Positions 32,623 through 43,803 of a stretch of 64,000 bases of DNA are shown here, one piece after another (positions within the stretch are counted from its first letter, which is position 1; each line of letters opens with the position of its first letter). Location of the stretch: NCBI GenBank assembly GCA_900554565.1, contig USHX01000001.1, forward strand, positions 15,997 through 79,996, given 5' to 3'. The stretch comes from an uncultured Clostridium sp. GTDB lineage: Bacteria; Bacillota; Clostridia; TANB77; CAG-508. The notes beneath the pieces are model-generated. The model was not told the DNA's origin. It searched no databases and saw nothing but the letters and a program-made list of their open reading frames with translations. A program made the translations under genes and the position numbers.

Positions 32623-33156
32623 TTATTCTAAATAATCATCAACTTTTTTTATAAAAATTGCATTTTCAATTATGTCTATAATTCCATATACTATAGTAAC
32701 AATTCCTATTGTTTGAATAACTGAACCAGTATTAGCTAATATATATATTCCAGCAATTATTGTTACTATTGCTAAAATTAATGTTGTTAGCCATAATTTA
32801 GATTTGTAGTCTTTCCAAACTATTGTTGTTTGGAAATTCATTATACCACTATAGATAATCCATACTGCTATTATTGCTCTAAATGCTGACATTATAAATT
32901 CTGAGCAAAACATAACTATAATTCCTACAATTATTAATATTACTGATAATGCAAACATATAATTGTCTGTTCTGTCTCCTGAAAAATAATCAACAAGTTT
33001 TAGTATTCCCATTGCAATAAATATTATCCCAAGTAATATTGAAATGGCTCCCATAACTTCATCTGGTCTTGCAAGCATCATTATTCCTAATAGTACAAAT
33101 ATAAGTGAGATTATGATATCTGTCCAACCTGATTTTTTCAAAAATTTCTTCCACAT
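32623..33156 (-). CDS. HdeD/DUF308-family membrane protein
   Basis: 177 aa, six TM segments. WTDIIISLIFVLLGIMMLARPDEVMGAISILLGIIFIAMGILKLVDYF is a DUF308 repeat. Confidence 0.55.
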   Translation of the reverse strand: MWKKFLKKSGWTDIIISLIFVLLGIMMLARPDEVMGAISILLGIIFIAMGILKLVDYFSGDRTDNYMFALSVILIIVGIIVMFCSEFIMSAFRAIIAVWIIYSGIMNFQTTIVWKDYKSKLWLTTLILAIVTIIAGIYILANTGSVIQTIGIVTIVYGIIDIIENAIFIKKVDDYLE

Positions 33157-33225
33157 ACCTTTTCCCTCTTTTCTTATTTTATTTTCTACAATATAACATA
33201 AAAAAATATAATTGTATATAATTTT

Positions 33226-33828
33226 TTACATTTTTTGCATTCCTTTTTTCAATATTTCTATTTCTCTTTTTAAGGAATATCTTCCTTCTTCTTTTGGCAC
33301 TTTACCTTTCATAGTTTCTATTGCTATGTTTCTTGTTATTGTTCCTAAGATTTTCATTATATATTCTAAATCATCTGGCTCTTCTATTTTTAAAAGTTCT
33401 TGATTTATTTTTTTATTTATTATTTCTCTTTCTTTCTCATCTTCTTGCTTATCAAATATGTTTATATTGTTTTTTCTTAGTTCTTGCAAAATATTTGTTA
33501 TCAATTTTAATTTTTCATTATCTGTTGCTTTTTCTACCATGTAGTCATATATTTTTAATGATGCTTCAAAAATATCACCATTTGTTTCTTCTAAAAAGTC
33601 ACTTAGTTTATTTTTTTCTATTTTGCTATATTTATGTACAACATATTTTACTGCATCTTCTTTGTTTTCAAAGTATTGATAAAAGCTTCCTCTTGGAATT
33701 TTTGCCTCTGCAACTATATTACTTATTGATGCTTTTTCAAATGAGCCTTTACTAAATTCGTTTATTAATGCTTTTTCTATCTTTTCTCTTTTTTCTTCTT
33801 TTAAATGAAAAAATGTATCTTTTGGCAT
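33226..33828 (-). CDS. TetR/AcrR-family transcriptional regulator
   Basis: N-terminal HTH EKIEKALINEFSKGSFEKASISNIVAEAKIPRGSFYQYFENKEDA. Confidence 0.75.
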   Translation of the reverse strand: MPKDTFFHLKEEKREKIEKALINEFSKGSFEKASISNIVAEAKIPRGSFYQYFENKEDAVKYVVHKYSKIEKNKLSDFLEETNGDIFEASLKIYDYMVEKATDNEKLKLITNILQELRKNNINIFDKQEDEKEREIINKKINQELLKIEEPDDLEYIMKILGTITRNIAIETMKGKVPKEEGRYSLKREIEILKKGMQKM

Positions 33829-33969
33829 ATTTTTTCTCCTTTTCTTTATGACATTTTGTCATTTTGAGATTTTACACCTTTTTCTCTTTTTTGTCAATTA
33901 CTTTTATATAACAAAAAGAGACATCTTATGAATTTTATTAATAACTCATATGATATCTCTTTTTAATTC

Positions 33970-34161
33970 CTATGCATTTTCAGTTTCTTTTTTTGCAACT
34001 ACTTCTTTTCCATCATAGTAACCACAGTTTTTGCAAACTCTGTGTGGTAATACTGGTTCATGGCAATGTGGGCATGTTGTATAAGTTGGATTTTCTTTTT
34101 TCCATGTTGATCTTTTTGAGTGTGTTCTTGCTTTTGACCATCTTCTTTTTGGTTGTGCCAT
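33970..34161 (-). CDS. rpmF: 50S ribosomal protein L32
   Basis: MAQPKRRWSKARTHSKRSTWK...CPHCHEPVLPHRVCKNCGYY, L32 with a Zn-ribbon. Confidence 0.85.
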   Translation of the reverse strand: MAQPKRRWSKARTHSKRSTWKKENPTYTTCPHCHEPVLPHRVCKNCGYYDGKEVVAKKETENA

Positions 34162-34289
34162 TCTAATTCCCCCCTTGCTTAAAGATATATGTATATATCT
34201 GTTTCAATTTTATCTAATTTATTTGTGACATTTTTGTCACTATAAAATTATACAAGTATTTTCGTTTTTTGTCAATAGTTACTTTTAGG

Positions 34290-34829
34290 TTATTCACAAT
34301 ATTTTTTGTAAATTACTCTAACATTCTGTTTTGTTAGTGCTTTATCTATTCCATTTTCTGCAACTTGAGTTAATACTTCTGTTACATATTGTTTCATTTT
34401 TGGATTCATTCTAATTTTTTCTTGTTCTTTTTTCCAATATTCTAATTCATATTCTTTAGTAAATTTATCTCCCATATATGTCATTCCAGCTGCTAATTTG
34501 TCACAAATCATTTCAGCTGCATATTTGTATGGAATTATTGGTGTTTGGTCATCTGCGGCTTCATCTACCCAATATTCCGCATGATGTCTGTTTCTTCCTT
34601 TATGATGTAACCAAGCCTTTGAATATCCATTTGCCTTTTTGGCTTCTGTTATTGGTGAATGTGTTCCATTATAATATTTTACACTTTCTATAAATTCTGT
34701 AGGTGAATATTTAGACCAGTCATGCATGAATCCTCTCCATGGCTCTCCTATTTTGCAACATAGTTTAAATACTACCCATTTGTGGTGTGTTATAAGTTTT
34801 GTATGTTTTACTAAATTTCTTAAGTACAT
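34290..34829 (-). CDS. Hypothetical His/Trp-rich protein (179 aa)
   Basis: ORF with conserved-looking WRGFMHDWSKY / WLHHKGRNRHHAEYW motifs. Family not identified. Confidence 0.4.
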   Translation of the reverse strand: MYLRNLVKHTKLITHHKWVVFKLCCKIGEPWRGFMHDWSKYSPTEFIESVKYYNGTHSPITEAKKANGYSKAWLHHKGRNRHHAEYWVDEAADDQTPIIPYKYAAEMICDKLAAGMTYMGDKFTKEYELEYWKKEQEKIRMNPKMKQYVTEVLTQVAENGIDKALTKQNVRVIYKKYCE

Positions 34830-34959
34830 TTAAATTCTTCCTTTCTTACATTTCTAGTTTACTATAACTTTTTTTCAAAATCAATAAATTTTATTTATTT
34901 TTTTGCATATATTATTTAATATAATTAAATTTAAATGACATTTTGTTAGGAGGTATTAT

Positions 34960-36808
34960 ATGTGTGGTTTTGTTGGTTTTGCCAACTTTGAAGAAGATAT
35001 TTCTAAAAGAAAAAATATATTAGAAGATATGAATTCTAAGCTATCTAAACGTGGCCCAGATGAAGAAGGCTATTACATAGATAAAAATGTTGCACTTGCA
35101 CACAAAAGACTTATAGTTATTGATAAAGAAGGCCGGAAAACAGCCTATGATTGAAAAGTTTTCTTTTGGTGCTTATATTATTGTTTATAATGGACAAATT
35201 TATAATACAAAAGAATTAAAAGAAACTTTATTGCAAAATGATTTTACAATAAATACTCATTCTGATACAGAAATTTTATTAAAAAGCTATATTTATTACG
35301 GCCATGATGTTGTTAGACATTTAAATGGTATTTTTGCTTTTGCAATTTTAGATACTAATAAAAATGAAATTTTTCTAGCTAGAGATCATTTTGGAATAAA
35401 GCCTTTATTTTATACTATAAAAGATGGAACTATTATTTTTGGTTCTGAATTAAAAGCCATTTTTGAATATCCAGGAATAGAAAAAATTTTAGATCAACAA
35501 GGTATTTGTGAATTATTTGGAATTGGTCCTGCTCATACTCCTGGAACAACTATTTTTAAAGATATATATGAAATAAAGCCAGCTCATTTCGGCATTTTTA
35601 ACAACTCTGGACTTCACTTAAAACGATATTGGAAATTGGTATCTAAAGAACATACTGATAGCTTGGGGAAAACCTGTGAAAAGCTTAAATTTTATTTGAA
35701 TGATTCTATAACAAGACAACTTGTATCTGATGTTCCATTATGTACTTTTCTTTCTGGCGGATTAGATTCTAGCATAATTACTAAGTTTGCCTCTGATTAT
35801 TGTAAAAAGCAAGGATTACCGCCTTTAGATACTTATTCTATTGATTATGTAGATAATGATAAAAATTTCGTTAAAAGCGATTTTCAGCCTAATTCAGATA
35901 ATTTTTATATTGACCTTATGCAAAAAAGGTTGCACACAAATCATCATAAAATTGTAATTGATACACCTGAATTAGCTACAAGCTTAGAAAATGCAATGAT
36001 TGCTAGAGATATGCCTGGCATGGCAGACATAGATTCTTCCCTATTGTTATTTTGCAAATATGTAAAAAAAGATATGACTGTTGCTCTTACTGGTGAGTGT
36101 GCTGATGAAATTTTTGGTGGATATCCTTGGTTTTTCAGAGATGATGCACTGCAAAGTAATACATTTCCTTGGTCAATTTCTATAAAAGAACGTCAAGATT
36201 TATTAAATCCTTCTATTGGAAACAAAGTAAATTTGAAAGAATATATAGATTATAGATATAATGAAAGTCTTTCTGAAGTGGAAATTTTAAAAACTGATTC
36301 TATTGAAACTGCCGAAAAGAGAAAAATTTCACATCTTACTTTAAACTGGTTTATGCAAACACTTCTAGACCGTTCTGATAGAATGGCAATGTACAATGGC
36401 CTTGAGCTTCGTGTTCCATTCTGTGATTATAGATTAGCTCAATATGTTTGGAATATTCCTTGGGAGTGGAAAGCTTTAAAAGGTCGTGAAAAAGGTCTTT
36501 TAAGATATGTATGTAAAGGCTTTTTACCTTCTGAAATTGTTGATAGAAAAAAGTCACCATATCCTAAAACTCATAATCCAACTTATCTTGCAAAAGTTAA
36601 AGGTATGCTTTCAGATATTATGAAAGATGAATCTGCTCCTATTAATGATTTGCTAAATAGAAATTATATTCTAGATATTTTAAATACTGATGGTAAAAGT
36701 ATAACAAGACCATGGTTTGGCCAACTTATGCAAGGTCCACAATTAATGGCTTATCTTTGTCAAGTAAATATGTGGCTTGAAAAATATCAACCCAAAATAG
36801 AAATTTAA
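34960..36808 (+). pseudogene. asnB: Asparagine synthetase (glutamine-hydrolysing), frameshifted near the N-terminus
   Basis: ORF1 is MCGFVGFANF...LAHKRLIVIDKEGRKTAYD* (N-terminal nucleophile Cys2, GATase II). ORF2 (35120..36808) continues ...KQPMIEKFSFGAYIIVYNGQIYNTKELKE and carries the full synthetase domain (SGGLDSS). The junction reads gaa ggc C gga aaa cag. Deleting one c (35133/35134) gives IDKEGGKQPM, matching AsnB IID..GGQP. Confidence 0.8.
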
Positions 36809-36811
36809 GTT

Positions 36812-36858
36812 TAAAATAGAGGCTTACTTCACATAGCATAAGTAGCCTCTATTTTTAG
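36812..36858. terminator. Bidirectional rho-independent terminator between asnB (+) and metG (-)
   Basis: Perfect inverted repeat aaatagaggct ... agcctctattt flanked by an A-run and a T-run. Confidence 0.6.
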
Positions 36859-37040
36859 CTTAAATTATATACTATACCATATCTTACAAAATCAATACTT
36901 CTTTGAATTTATTCTGAGCAAAATTTTCTTGACATTTAAAGTCTATTCCTATATCTATTATTTTTTTAAGTTTTTTCTTTGCTTCGTCTTTATTTTTATT
37001 ATTTAGTATATTATTCACTCTAAACATAACCTTCCTTTTA

Positions 37041-38669
37041 TCAGTTTTTATTAATTTCAACTCTCTCAAAAAGTATTTCTATATTATCAAGAGATATTTT
37101 TTCTTTTATTTGTATTGGCTCCCATAATGATTTTTCAATTTTCAAATATTCTCTTAGTTTATTAGACGTTTCAGGCATTATTGGTTCAATTAAATTAGAT
37201 AAATTAGCAATTACATTAGCACAAGTATAAATGGTATTATTAAATTCTTTTATATTTTCTCTTTTTTGTATCCATGGTTTTCTCTCATCATAATACTTAT
37301 TCCCCATCTCAATTAGATCAATTATTTTACTACATGCTTTCTTAAATTCCAGATTTTCTATATGTTCAGAAACCGTTTTATAAGTTTCGTTAATCTTCTC
37401 TAGCATATGTACGTCCATAACACCTAAAGGAATTTCATTTAAGCCCTTGAATTTTAAAGTTCTATTTACAAAATTTCCAAATTTGTTTACCATATCAGAA
37501 TTATGAACATTAATATAATTTTCTACCGTAAAGTCCACATCTTTATTTTCTGGTCCATAAGCTATCATATAATATCTTAAGGAATCAACATTATATTTTT
37601 CTACCATCTGTTGTATTGTTATTCCATTGCCTTTACTTTTTGATATTTTTTCAGAATTTATATTTAAATATTGTGTTGCAACCATAACGTCTGGCAAATG
37701 ATAATTTTCTTCTATAGCCATTAATAAAGCTGGTAAAATTATAGTATGGAATGTTATATTATCTTTTCCATGGCACATGTATATTTTATTATTATTATCT
37801 TCTTTCCAAAAATTTTCCCAATCTATTCCCTTTTCTTCACAAACCTTTTGTGTTGCAGTAATATATCCTAGTACAGCATCAATCCATACATACATTTTTT
37901 TATCTCTAAAACCTTCAACTGGAATATCAACCCCCCAAGACAAATCTCTTGTTACTGCTCTATCTTTTAAGCCTTCTTTTAAATATTTTTCAGTTTCATT
38001 TATTGATGCTATTCTCCATTTTTTTTGTTTTTCTCTTGCATATTTTTCTATCTGTTTTTGAAATTTTGACAATGCTATATATAAATGTGTATTCTCTTTT
38101 TGTATAGTTTTGTAGCCACATTCTCTACATGTTGCTCCTATCATATCCCCCTCATTTGGAACATAACCGCAATCACATTGATCCCCTTTTGTGACCAAAC
38201 CACAATTAGGGCAAATTAATTCTAATTCTCTATCAGCTTCAAATTTGCCACAATGTTTGCAATATGGTTGCAAATTTTTTTTAGGATAAATATATTTATT
38301 TTTGTACATTTTTAAAAACATTTCTTCTACATGTTTTTTATGATATATATCATAAGTTTTTGTATATAAGTCATAGGAAAAATTCATTTTATTAAAAATA
38401 CTTCTAAATTCATTATGATACTTTTCTGCAATATCTTTTGGTTCTATTTTCTCACGTTTAGCTCTTTCTGTAATAGGCGTTCCATGGCAATCTGTTCCTG
38501 AAACATATAAAACATTATCCCCTAATAACTCATGATATCTTTTTAAAAAGTCCCCAGAAATTAATGCTGCCAAATGTCCTAAATGTAGCGAACTGTTTGC
38601 ATAAGGCCAAGCTCCACCAATTAATACATTTCTTTTATTTTCCGTCAAGAGTTTAAACTTATTTTCCAA
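37041..38669 (-). CDS. metG: Methionine--tRNA ligase (short form, two zinc knuckles, no C-terminal tRNA-binding domain)
   Basis: GGAWPYANSSLHLGHLAALISGD (HIGH), four CxxC knuckles, KISKSKGNG (KMSKS). 542 aa. Confidence 0.85.
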   Translation of the reverse strand: MENKFKLLTENKRNVLIGGAWPYANSSLHLGHLAALISGDFLKRYHELLGDNVLYVSGTDCHGTPITERAKREKIEPKDIAEKYHNEFRSIFNKMNFSYDLYTKTYDIYHKKHVEEMFLKMYKNKYIYPKKNLQPYCKHCGKFEADRELELICPNCGLVTKGDQCDCGYVPNEGDMIGATCRECGYKTIQKENTHLYIALSKFQKQIEKYAREKQKKWRIASINETEKYLKEGLKDRAVTRDLSWGVDIPVEGFRDKKMYVWIDAVLGYITATQKVCEEKGIDWENFWKEDNNNKIYMCHGKDNITFHTIILPALLMAIEENYHLPDVMVATQYLNINSEKISKSKGNGITIQQMVEKYNVDSLRYYMIAYGPENKDVDFTVENYINVHNSDMVNKFGNFVNRTLKFKGLNEIPLGVMDVHMLEKINETYKTVSEHIENLEFKKACSKIIDLIEMGNKYYDERKPWIQKRENIKEFNNTIYTCANVIANLSNLIEPIMPETSNKLREYLKIEKSLWEPIQIKEKISLDNIEILFERVEINKN

Positions 38670-38765
38670 TTAAAATCCCCCCTATTCAAGTACAATTATA
38701 ATATCATATTAGTAAAATTGTCGCCATTTTTTTGACAATTTTTCCCATGATTTATTAGTTATTTT

Positions 38766-41381
38766 TTATTGCATTTTTTCTTTTATTCTGACTAAAGTAT
38801 TTAAAGCATCAATTGGAGTAAGTTCATTTAAGTTAATTTTATCTATTTCATGAGCAATTTCTGCTAATTTATAATTATACATATCAAATTGACCTTCAAC
38901 TTGTTTTTTATCTTGTTTTTCTTCTTTCTTACCAGTTAAAATATTTTTTCTTTCCAATGAACGTAAAATTTCATTTGCTTTTTTAGTTACTATTTTAGGA
39001 ACTCCTGCAAGTCTAGCTACATGGATACCATAGCTTTCATCAGTTCCACCTTCTACTATTTTTCTTAAAAAGATTATATCTTCGCCTTTTTCTTTTACAG
39101 CTATTGAATAATTTTTTATTCCTTCAAGTTTGTTCTCTAATTCTGTTAATTCATGGTAATGTGTTGCAAATAGAGTTTTTGCTCCACATTTTTCTTTGTC
39201 TGCTATATATTCTGCAACAGCCCATGCAATTGATAAACCATCATATGTTGATGTTCCTCTTCCTATTTCATCTAATATTACTAAACTGTTAGATGTTGCT
39301 TCATTTAGTATGTTTGCCACTTCCATCATCTCTACCATAAATGTACTTTGTCCCATACTTAAATCATCAGATGCTCCAACTCTTGTAAAGATTTTATCAA
39401 CTACTCCTATTTTTGCACTTGTTGCTGGTACGAAACTTCCAACTTGTGCCATTAGAGTAATTAAAGCTACTTGTCTCATATATGTAGATTTACCTGCCAT
39501 GTTTGGTCCTGTTATTATTGCTAGTCTGTTTTCTTCTTTATCTAAATATGTATCATTTTCTACAAAGCTTCCTGCTCCTTGAATTTTTTCTATTACCGGA
39601 TGTCTTCCACCTTTTATATCTATTCGTCCTTCACTGTTTACTTCTGGCATGCAATAATTCATGTCTTCTGCAACTTGTGCAAATGAGCTTATTACATCTA
39701 AGCTTGAAACAACTTCGCTTGTTTTTTGTAAACGTACAACATTCTTGGCTATTAATTCTCTTATTTGAACAAATGCATCATATTCTAAGTTTACAACTTT
39801 TTCTTCTGCTCCTAAAATTTGATTTTCTAGATTTTTTAATTCTTCTGTTATATATCTTTCTGCATTTGTAAGTGTTTGTTTTCTAATATATCTTTCAGGT
39901 ACTTGGTCCAAATTTGATTTTGTTACTTCAATAAAATATCCAAATACTTTGTTAAATCCAATTTTTAAGTTTTTTATACCTGTTTTTTCTTTTTCTTCCG
40001 CTTCTAAAGCTATAAGCCAATTTTTTCCTTCTGTTTGAGCTGTTTTTAATTTGTCTATTTCTTCATCATAACCTAATTTGATTATTCCACCATCTTTTAT
40101 TGTCATCGGTGGGTCATCTACAATTGATGTTTCTATTAATTGATAAATGTCTTGTAATTCATCTAAATTTTCATATAGTTCTCTTAATAATTCTGATTTA
40201 CAATTTGTTAAGATTTGTTTTACTTCTGGCAATTTCATTAATGAGTTTTTTAATGTTACCATATCTCTTGCATTTGCATTACCATATGCCATTTTTCCTG
40301 CTAATCTTTCTATGTCATAAACTTTTTTTAAGTTTTCTATTATTTCTCCTCTTAACATTAAATCATCTTTTAATTCTTTTACAGCATTTAGTCTTTTATT
40401 TATTTCTTTTACATCTATTAGCGGATCATTTAGCCATCTTCTTAAAAGCCTTCCTCCCATTGATGTTGATGTTTTGTCAAGAACCCATAAAAGTGTTCCT
40501 TTTTTTGACTTATCTCTCATTTTTTCTGTCAACTCTAGGTTTCTTCTTGCATTAATATCTAAGGCCATATATTTAGATAAGTTGTAAATTGTTATTTTGT
40601 TTATATGGTCTAAGCTTGTTTTTTGAGTTTCTTCTATATATTCAACTAATGCATTTATAGATGCTACAATTAATGTTTTTTCTTTTATATTTTCTAGTTT
40701 TTTTCCTTCATTATCTACTATATTAAATCTTAAATCTATATTGTTTAATTCTGTTTTGAAAAATTTATCATTAAATTTTGTTACATATACATTTTCAAAT
40801 CTTTCTTTTATTTTTGACATTTCTTCTTCGCAGTTTGCCATCATTGAATTTACAACTAATTCTGATGGTGTATATCTTGCTATTTCATCTAACAATGTTG
40901 GGAAATTGTTTTGTTCTTTTATTTCTGCCGAATAAAATTCTCCTGTTGATATATCACATACACTTATTCCAAAATATATTCCTGTTTTGAATATTGACAT
41001 TATATAGTTGTTTTTTCTTTCTTCTAGCATATTACTATCTACTAGTGTTCCTGGTGTTACAACTCTTATTACTCCCCTTTTTACTATTCCTTTAGTTTTT
41101 TTAGGGTCTTCTAATTGTTCACATATAGCTACTTTATATCCTTTTGCAATTAATCTTGAAACATATATTTCTGCTGCATGATGTGGTATTCCACACATTG
41201 GTGCTCTTTCTTCTTGTCCACAGTCTTTTCCTGTTAATGTCAATTCTAGCTCTCTTGAAGCTGTTATGGCATCATCAAAAAACATTTCATAAAAGTCACC
41301 TAATCTATAAAATAATATACAATCTTCATATTCTTTCTTTGTTTCTAAGTACCTTTGCATCATAGGTGAAAATTCTGCCAT
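38766..41381 (-). CDS. mutS: DNA mismatch repair protein MutS
   Basis: 871 aa. MAEFSPMMQRYLETKKEYEDCILFYRLGDFYEMFFDDA mismatch-binding domain; GPNMAGKSTYMRQ Walker A; THYHEL motif. Confidence 0.9.
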   Translation of the reverse strand: MAEFSPMMQRYLETKKEYEDCILFYRLGDFYEMFFDDAITASRELELTLTGKDCGQEERAPMCGIPHHAAEIYVSRLIAKGYKVAICEQLEDPKKTKGIVKRGVIRVVTPGTLVDSNMLEERKNNYIMSIFKTGIYFGISVCDISTGEFYSAEIKEQNNFPTLLDEIARYTPSELVVNSMMANCEEEMSKIKERFENVYVTKFNDKFFKTELNNIDLRFNIVDNEGKKLENIKEKTLIVASINALVEYIEETQKTSLDHINKITIYNLSKYMALDINARRNLELTEKMRDKSKKGTLLWVLDKTSTSMGGRLLRRWLNDPLIDVKEINKRLNAVKELKDDLMLRGEIIENLKKVYDIERLAGKMAYGNANARDMVTLKNSLMKLPEVKQILTNCKSELLRELYENLDELQDIYQLIETSIVDDPPMTIKDGGIIKLGYDEEIDKLKTAQTEGKNWLIALEAEEKEKTGIKNLKIGFNKVFGYFIEVTKSNLDQVPERYIRKQTLTNAERYITEELKNLENQILGAEEKVVNLEYDAFVQIRELIAKNVVRLQKTSEVVSSLDVISSFAQVAEDMNYCMPEVNSEGRIDIKGGRHPVIEKIQGAGSFVENDTYLDKEENRLAIITGPNMAGKSTYMRQVALITLMAQVGSFVPATSAKIGVVDKIFTRVGASDDLSMGQSTFMVEMMEVANILNEATSNSLVILDEIGRGTSTYDGLSIAWAVAEYIADKEKCGAKTLFATHYHELTELENKLEGIKNYSIAVKEKGEDIIFLRKIVEGGTDESYGIHVARLAGVPKIVTKKANEILRSLERKNILTGKKEEKQDKKQVEGQFDMYNYKLAEIAHEIDKINLNELTPIDALNTLVRIKEKMQ

Positions 41382-41384
41382 TTT

Positions 41385-42233
41385 TTATTCTCCTTTTTCT
41401 TCTTCTTTTATTTCTTCTATTTCATATTTTTCTATTTGTTTTTCTATTCTTCTTAATGTACTTACACTAACTCCCAATACCTTTGCTTTTTGAGCCTGTG
41501 TACCATCTACTTTTTCAACCTTTTTTAACATTTCTTTTAGTTTATTGTATTTACTTTCTCTTTTTGAAATTGTATCTACTATAACTTCTTTTTCATTATA
41601 ACTACTTATTATTTCTTCTGCTAGATAACTTTCAAAAGGTTCAAATCTCTTTCTTTTCATCATTCTATTTGAGTGTTCTTTTGCTATTTTGTATAATGGT
41701 AAATATGTTTCATCTTTCTTCAATTTTTCTATTTCTCTACTTACTGTTCTAGCTGGAATTCCATACTGTTTAGCAATTTCCGTTTGAGTTAAATCTTTTT
41801 GTATCATTTCTATTGTTAATGCTTTAAAGTTTATAAATGAATAGTCTGGATGTATTCTTTTTTGATACTCCACAAATTTTTGTTTTAATTCAGGGTCTCC
41901 ACTTTTATTTACATATTCTATAATTTTCTCATTTAAAGTTTGTTTGTGCAACTTCATAGAATTAGATACTTGATTTAATGTTAGTTCTCCATTTAGAATA
42001 TTTTCTATGTTCTTTCTTAATTCTTCCTCATTAATTATTTTTGTTGCTGAGTTTGCTTTATTAAATGATAGTATTTGTTCAAGCTGTTTCCTTTCTCTAC
42101 TATTTTCTGGAAATCTCTTTTTACATTCTTCACTAAAATCGTTTCTATCAAAGCCATATTTTTCTGAAATTTGTCTTACACTTTTTCCATTTAATAATTC
42201 TTTAAATGCTTTCTCAAATATCTTATTTTCCAT
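41385..42233 (-). CDS. Hypothetical protein with three short HTH-like segments
   Basis: VRQISEKYGFDRNDF / TQTEIAKQYGIPARTVSREIEKLKK / TQAQKAKVLGVSVSTLRRIEKQIEK. Lies between miaB and mutS. Confidence 0.45.
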   Translation of the reverse strand: MENKIFEKAFKELLNGKSVRQISEKYGFDRNDFSEECKKRFPENSRERKQLEQILSFNKANSATKIINEEELRKNIENILNGELTLNQVSNSMKLHKQTLNEKIIEYVNKSGDPELKQKFVEYQKRIHPDYSFINFKALTIEMIQKDLTQTEIAKQYGIPARTVSREIEKLKKDETYLPLYKIAKEHSNRMMKRKRFEPFESYLAEEIISSYNEKEVIVDTISKRESKYNKLKEMLKKVEKVDGTQAQKAKVLGVSVSTLRRIEKQIEKYEIEEIKEEEKGE

Positions 42234-42264
42234 AATTATCTATTCCCTTCTTAAGGTCTAATGT

Positions 42265-43683
42265 TTATTTTAACTCACCCTTTAAATACCACATGTGTTG
42301 TGAAACTATTTTTATATCTACTATTTTATCTTTTAATTCTTTTGGTCCTTCAAATATTACTACTTTGTTACTATCGGTTCTTCCTGAAAGCATTTCTTTG
42401 TTGTTCTTGCTTTCTCCTTCTACTAATACCTTTTGAATTGTTCCTATGTATTTTTGGTTATTTTCTTCAATTTGGCTTTCAACTAATTTTTTTAGTTTGT
42501 CAAATCTTATGTGTTTTATTTCTTCTGGCACTTGATTTTCCATTTTATCTCCTGGTGTTCCAACTCTTCTTGAATATATAAACATATATACTTGCTCAAA
42601 TTTTACTTTTTCTACAACATCTAATGTATCTTCAAATTCTTCATCAGTCTCGCCAGGAAAGCCTACAATTATGTCTGTAGATAGTGTTAAATTTGGTATT
42701 CGTTTTTTCATCTTTTCTACTAATTCTAAATATTGCTCTTTTGTATATTTTCTATTCATTGTTTTTAAAACTCTACTATTACCAGATTGAAGTGGTAAAT
42801 GTACTAATTTGCATACTTTATCACATTCTGCTATTGCTTGAATTACATCATCTGTAAAATCTTTTGGGTGTGGTGATATAAATCTTATTCTTTCTATTCC
42901 TTCTATTTTGTTTATTGCTCTTAATAGAGTTGCAAATGAATGTACTCCTTCATGTTCTTCTATTTCTATGCCTTTTCTATTTTCTTCTCTTAAATATGAA
43001 TTTACATTTTGGCCTAATAGTGTAATTTCTTTGTATCCATCTTTTGCTAGATTTCTTACTTCTTCTATTATGTCTTTTGGCATTCTGCTTCTTTCTCTAC
43101 CACGTACATATGGAACTATGCAATATGTACAGAAATTGTTACACCCATTCATTATTGTTACAGATGCTTTTATTTTACTGTCTCTTTTTATTGGTAAACC
43201 TTCATATACTTTTCCATCTATATCTATTATGTCTTCTAGTTTTCTTTTTTCATCTATTACTTTATATAAGTCTTCTGGGAATTTATGTAATGTATGTGTT
43301 CCAAATAATATATCTACAAATGGATAGCTTTCTTTTATTTTGTCTGTAATGTGTTTTTCTTGCATCATGCAACCACCAATTGCTATTATTATTCCTTTTT
43401 GTTCCTTTAGCTTTTTTAGTTCACCTAGCTTACCAAATAATTTGTCTTCCGCATTTTCTCTTACGCAACATGTGTTGAATAATGCTATTGATGCTTCTTC
43501 TTGTTTTTCTGTTTTTTGATAACCCATTTCTTCTAACATTCCACATAGTTTTTCTGAGTCATTTTCATTTAGTTGGCATCCCATTGTTAGAATTGTGTAT
43601 TTTAAGTTTTTTCCTTCATTTATGTTTTTCATTTTTTCTATGTATTGTTTTTGATTTTCTATTTCTATTGCTTGTTTGTTCAT
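42265..43683 (-). CDS. miaB: tRNA-2-methylthio-N6-dimethylallyladenosine synthase (radical SAM methylthiotransferase)
   Basis: YTILTMGCQLNENDSEKLCG (MTTase N-domain), CNNFCTYCIVPYVRG radical-SAM CxxxCxxC, and a TRAM domain at the C-terminus. Confidence 0.9.
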   Translation of the reverse strand: MNKQAIEIENQKQYIEKMKNINEGKNLKYTILTMGCQLNENDSEKLCGMLEEMGYQKTEKQEEASIALFNTCCVRENAEDKLFGKLGELKKLKEQKGIIIAIGGCMMQEKHITDKIKESYPFVDILFGTHTLHKFPEDLYKVIDEKRKLEDIIDIDGKVYEGLPIKRDSKIKASVTIMNGCNNFCTYCIVPYVRGRERSRMPKDIIEEVRNLAKDGYKEITLLGQNVNSYLREENRKGIEIEEHEGVHSFATLLRAINKIEGIERIRFISPHPKDFTDDVIQAIAECDKVCKLVHLPLQSGNSRVLKTMNRKYTKEQYLELVEKMKKRIPNLTLSTDIIVGFPGETDEEFEDTLDVVEKVKFEQVYMFIYSRRVGTPGDKMENQVPEEIKHIRFDKLKKLVESQIEENNQKYIGTIQKVLVEGESKNNKEMLSGRTDSNKVVIFEGPKELKDKIVDIKIVSQHMWYLKGELK

Positions 43684-43803
43684 TTTTTATTTTCTTCCTT
43701 TTTTCTCTTATTTTCCGCACTTATTTTATAATATTTTCTAAGATTTTTCAACTGTTATAAAAAGAAAAAAGATAAAAGATTGCCTTTTATCTCATTTTGT
43801 GTC

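Noticed and set aside
36884-37069. 61-aa ORF overlapping the metG 3' end
   Set aside because: It overlaps the metG coding region, has no RBS, and is lysine-rich AT-driven sequence.
40100-40555. Many long + strand ORFs antisense to real genes (e.g. 40100..40555, 55528..56187, 25573..26151, 5485..5805, 52567..52932)
   Set aside because: All are F/L/I/S-rich translations of the antisense strand of well-supported genes in a 27 % GC genome. They have no RBS and no motifs, so they are spurious.
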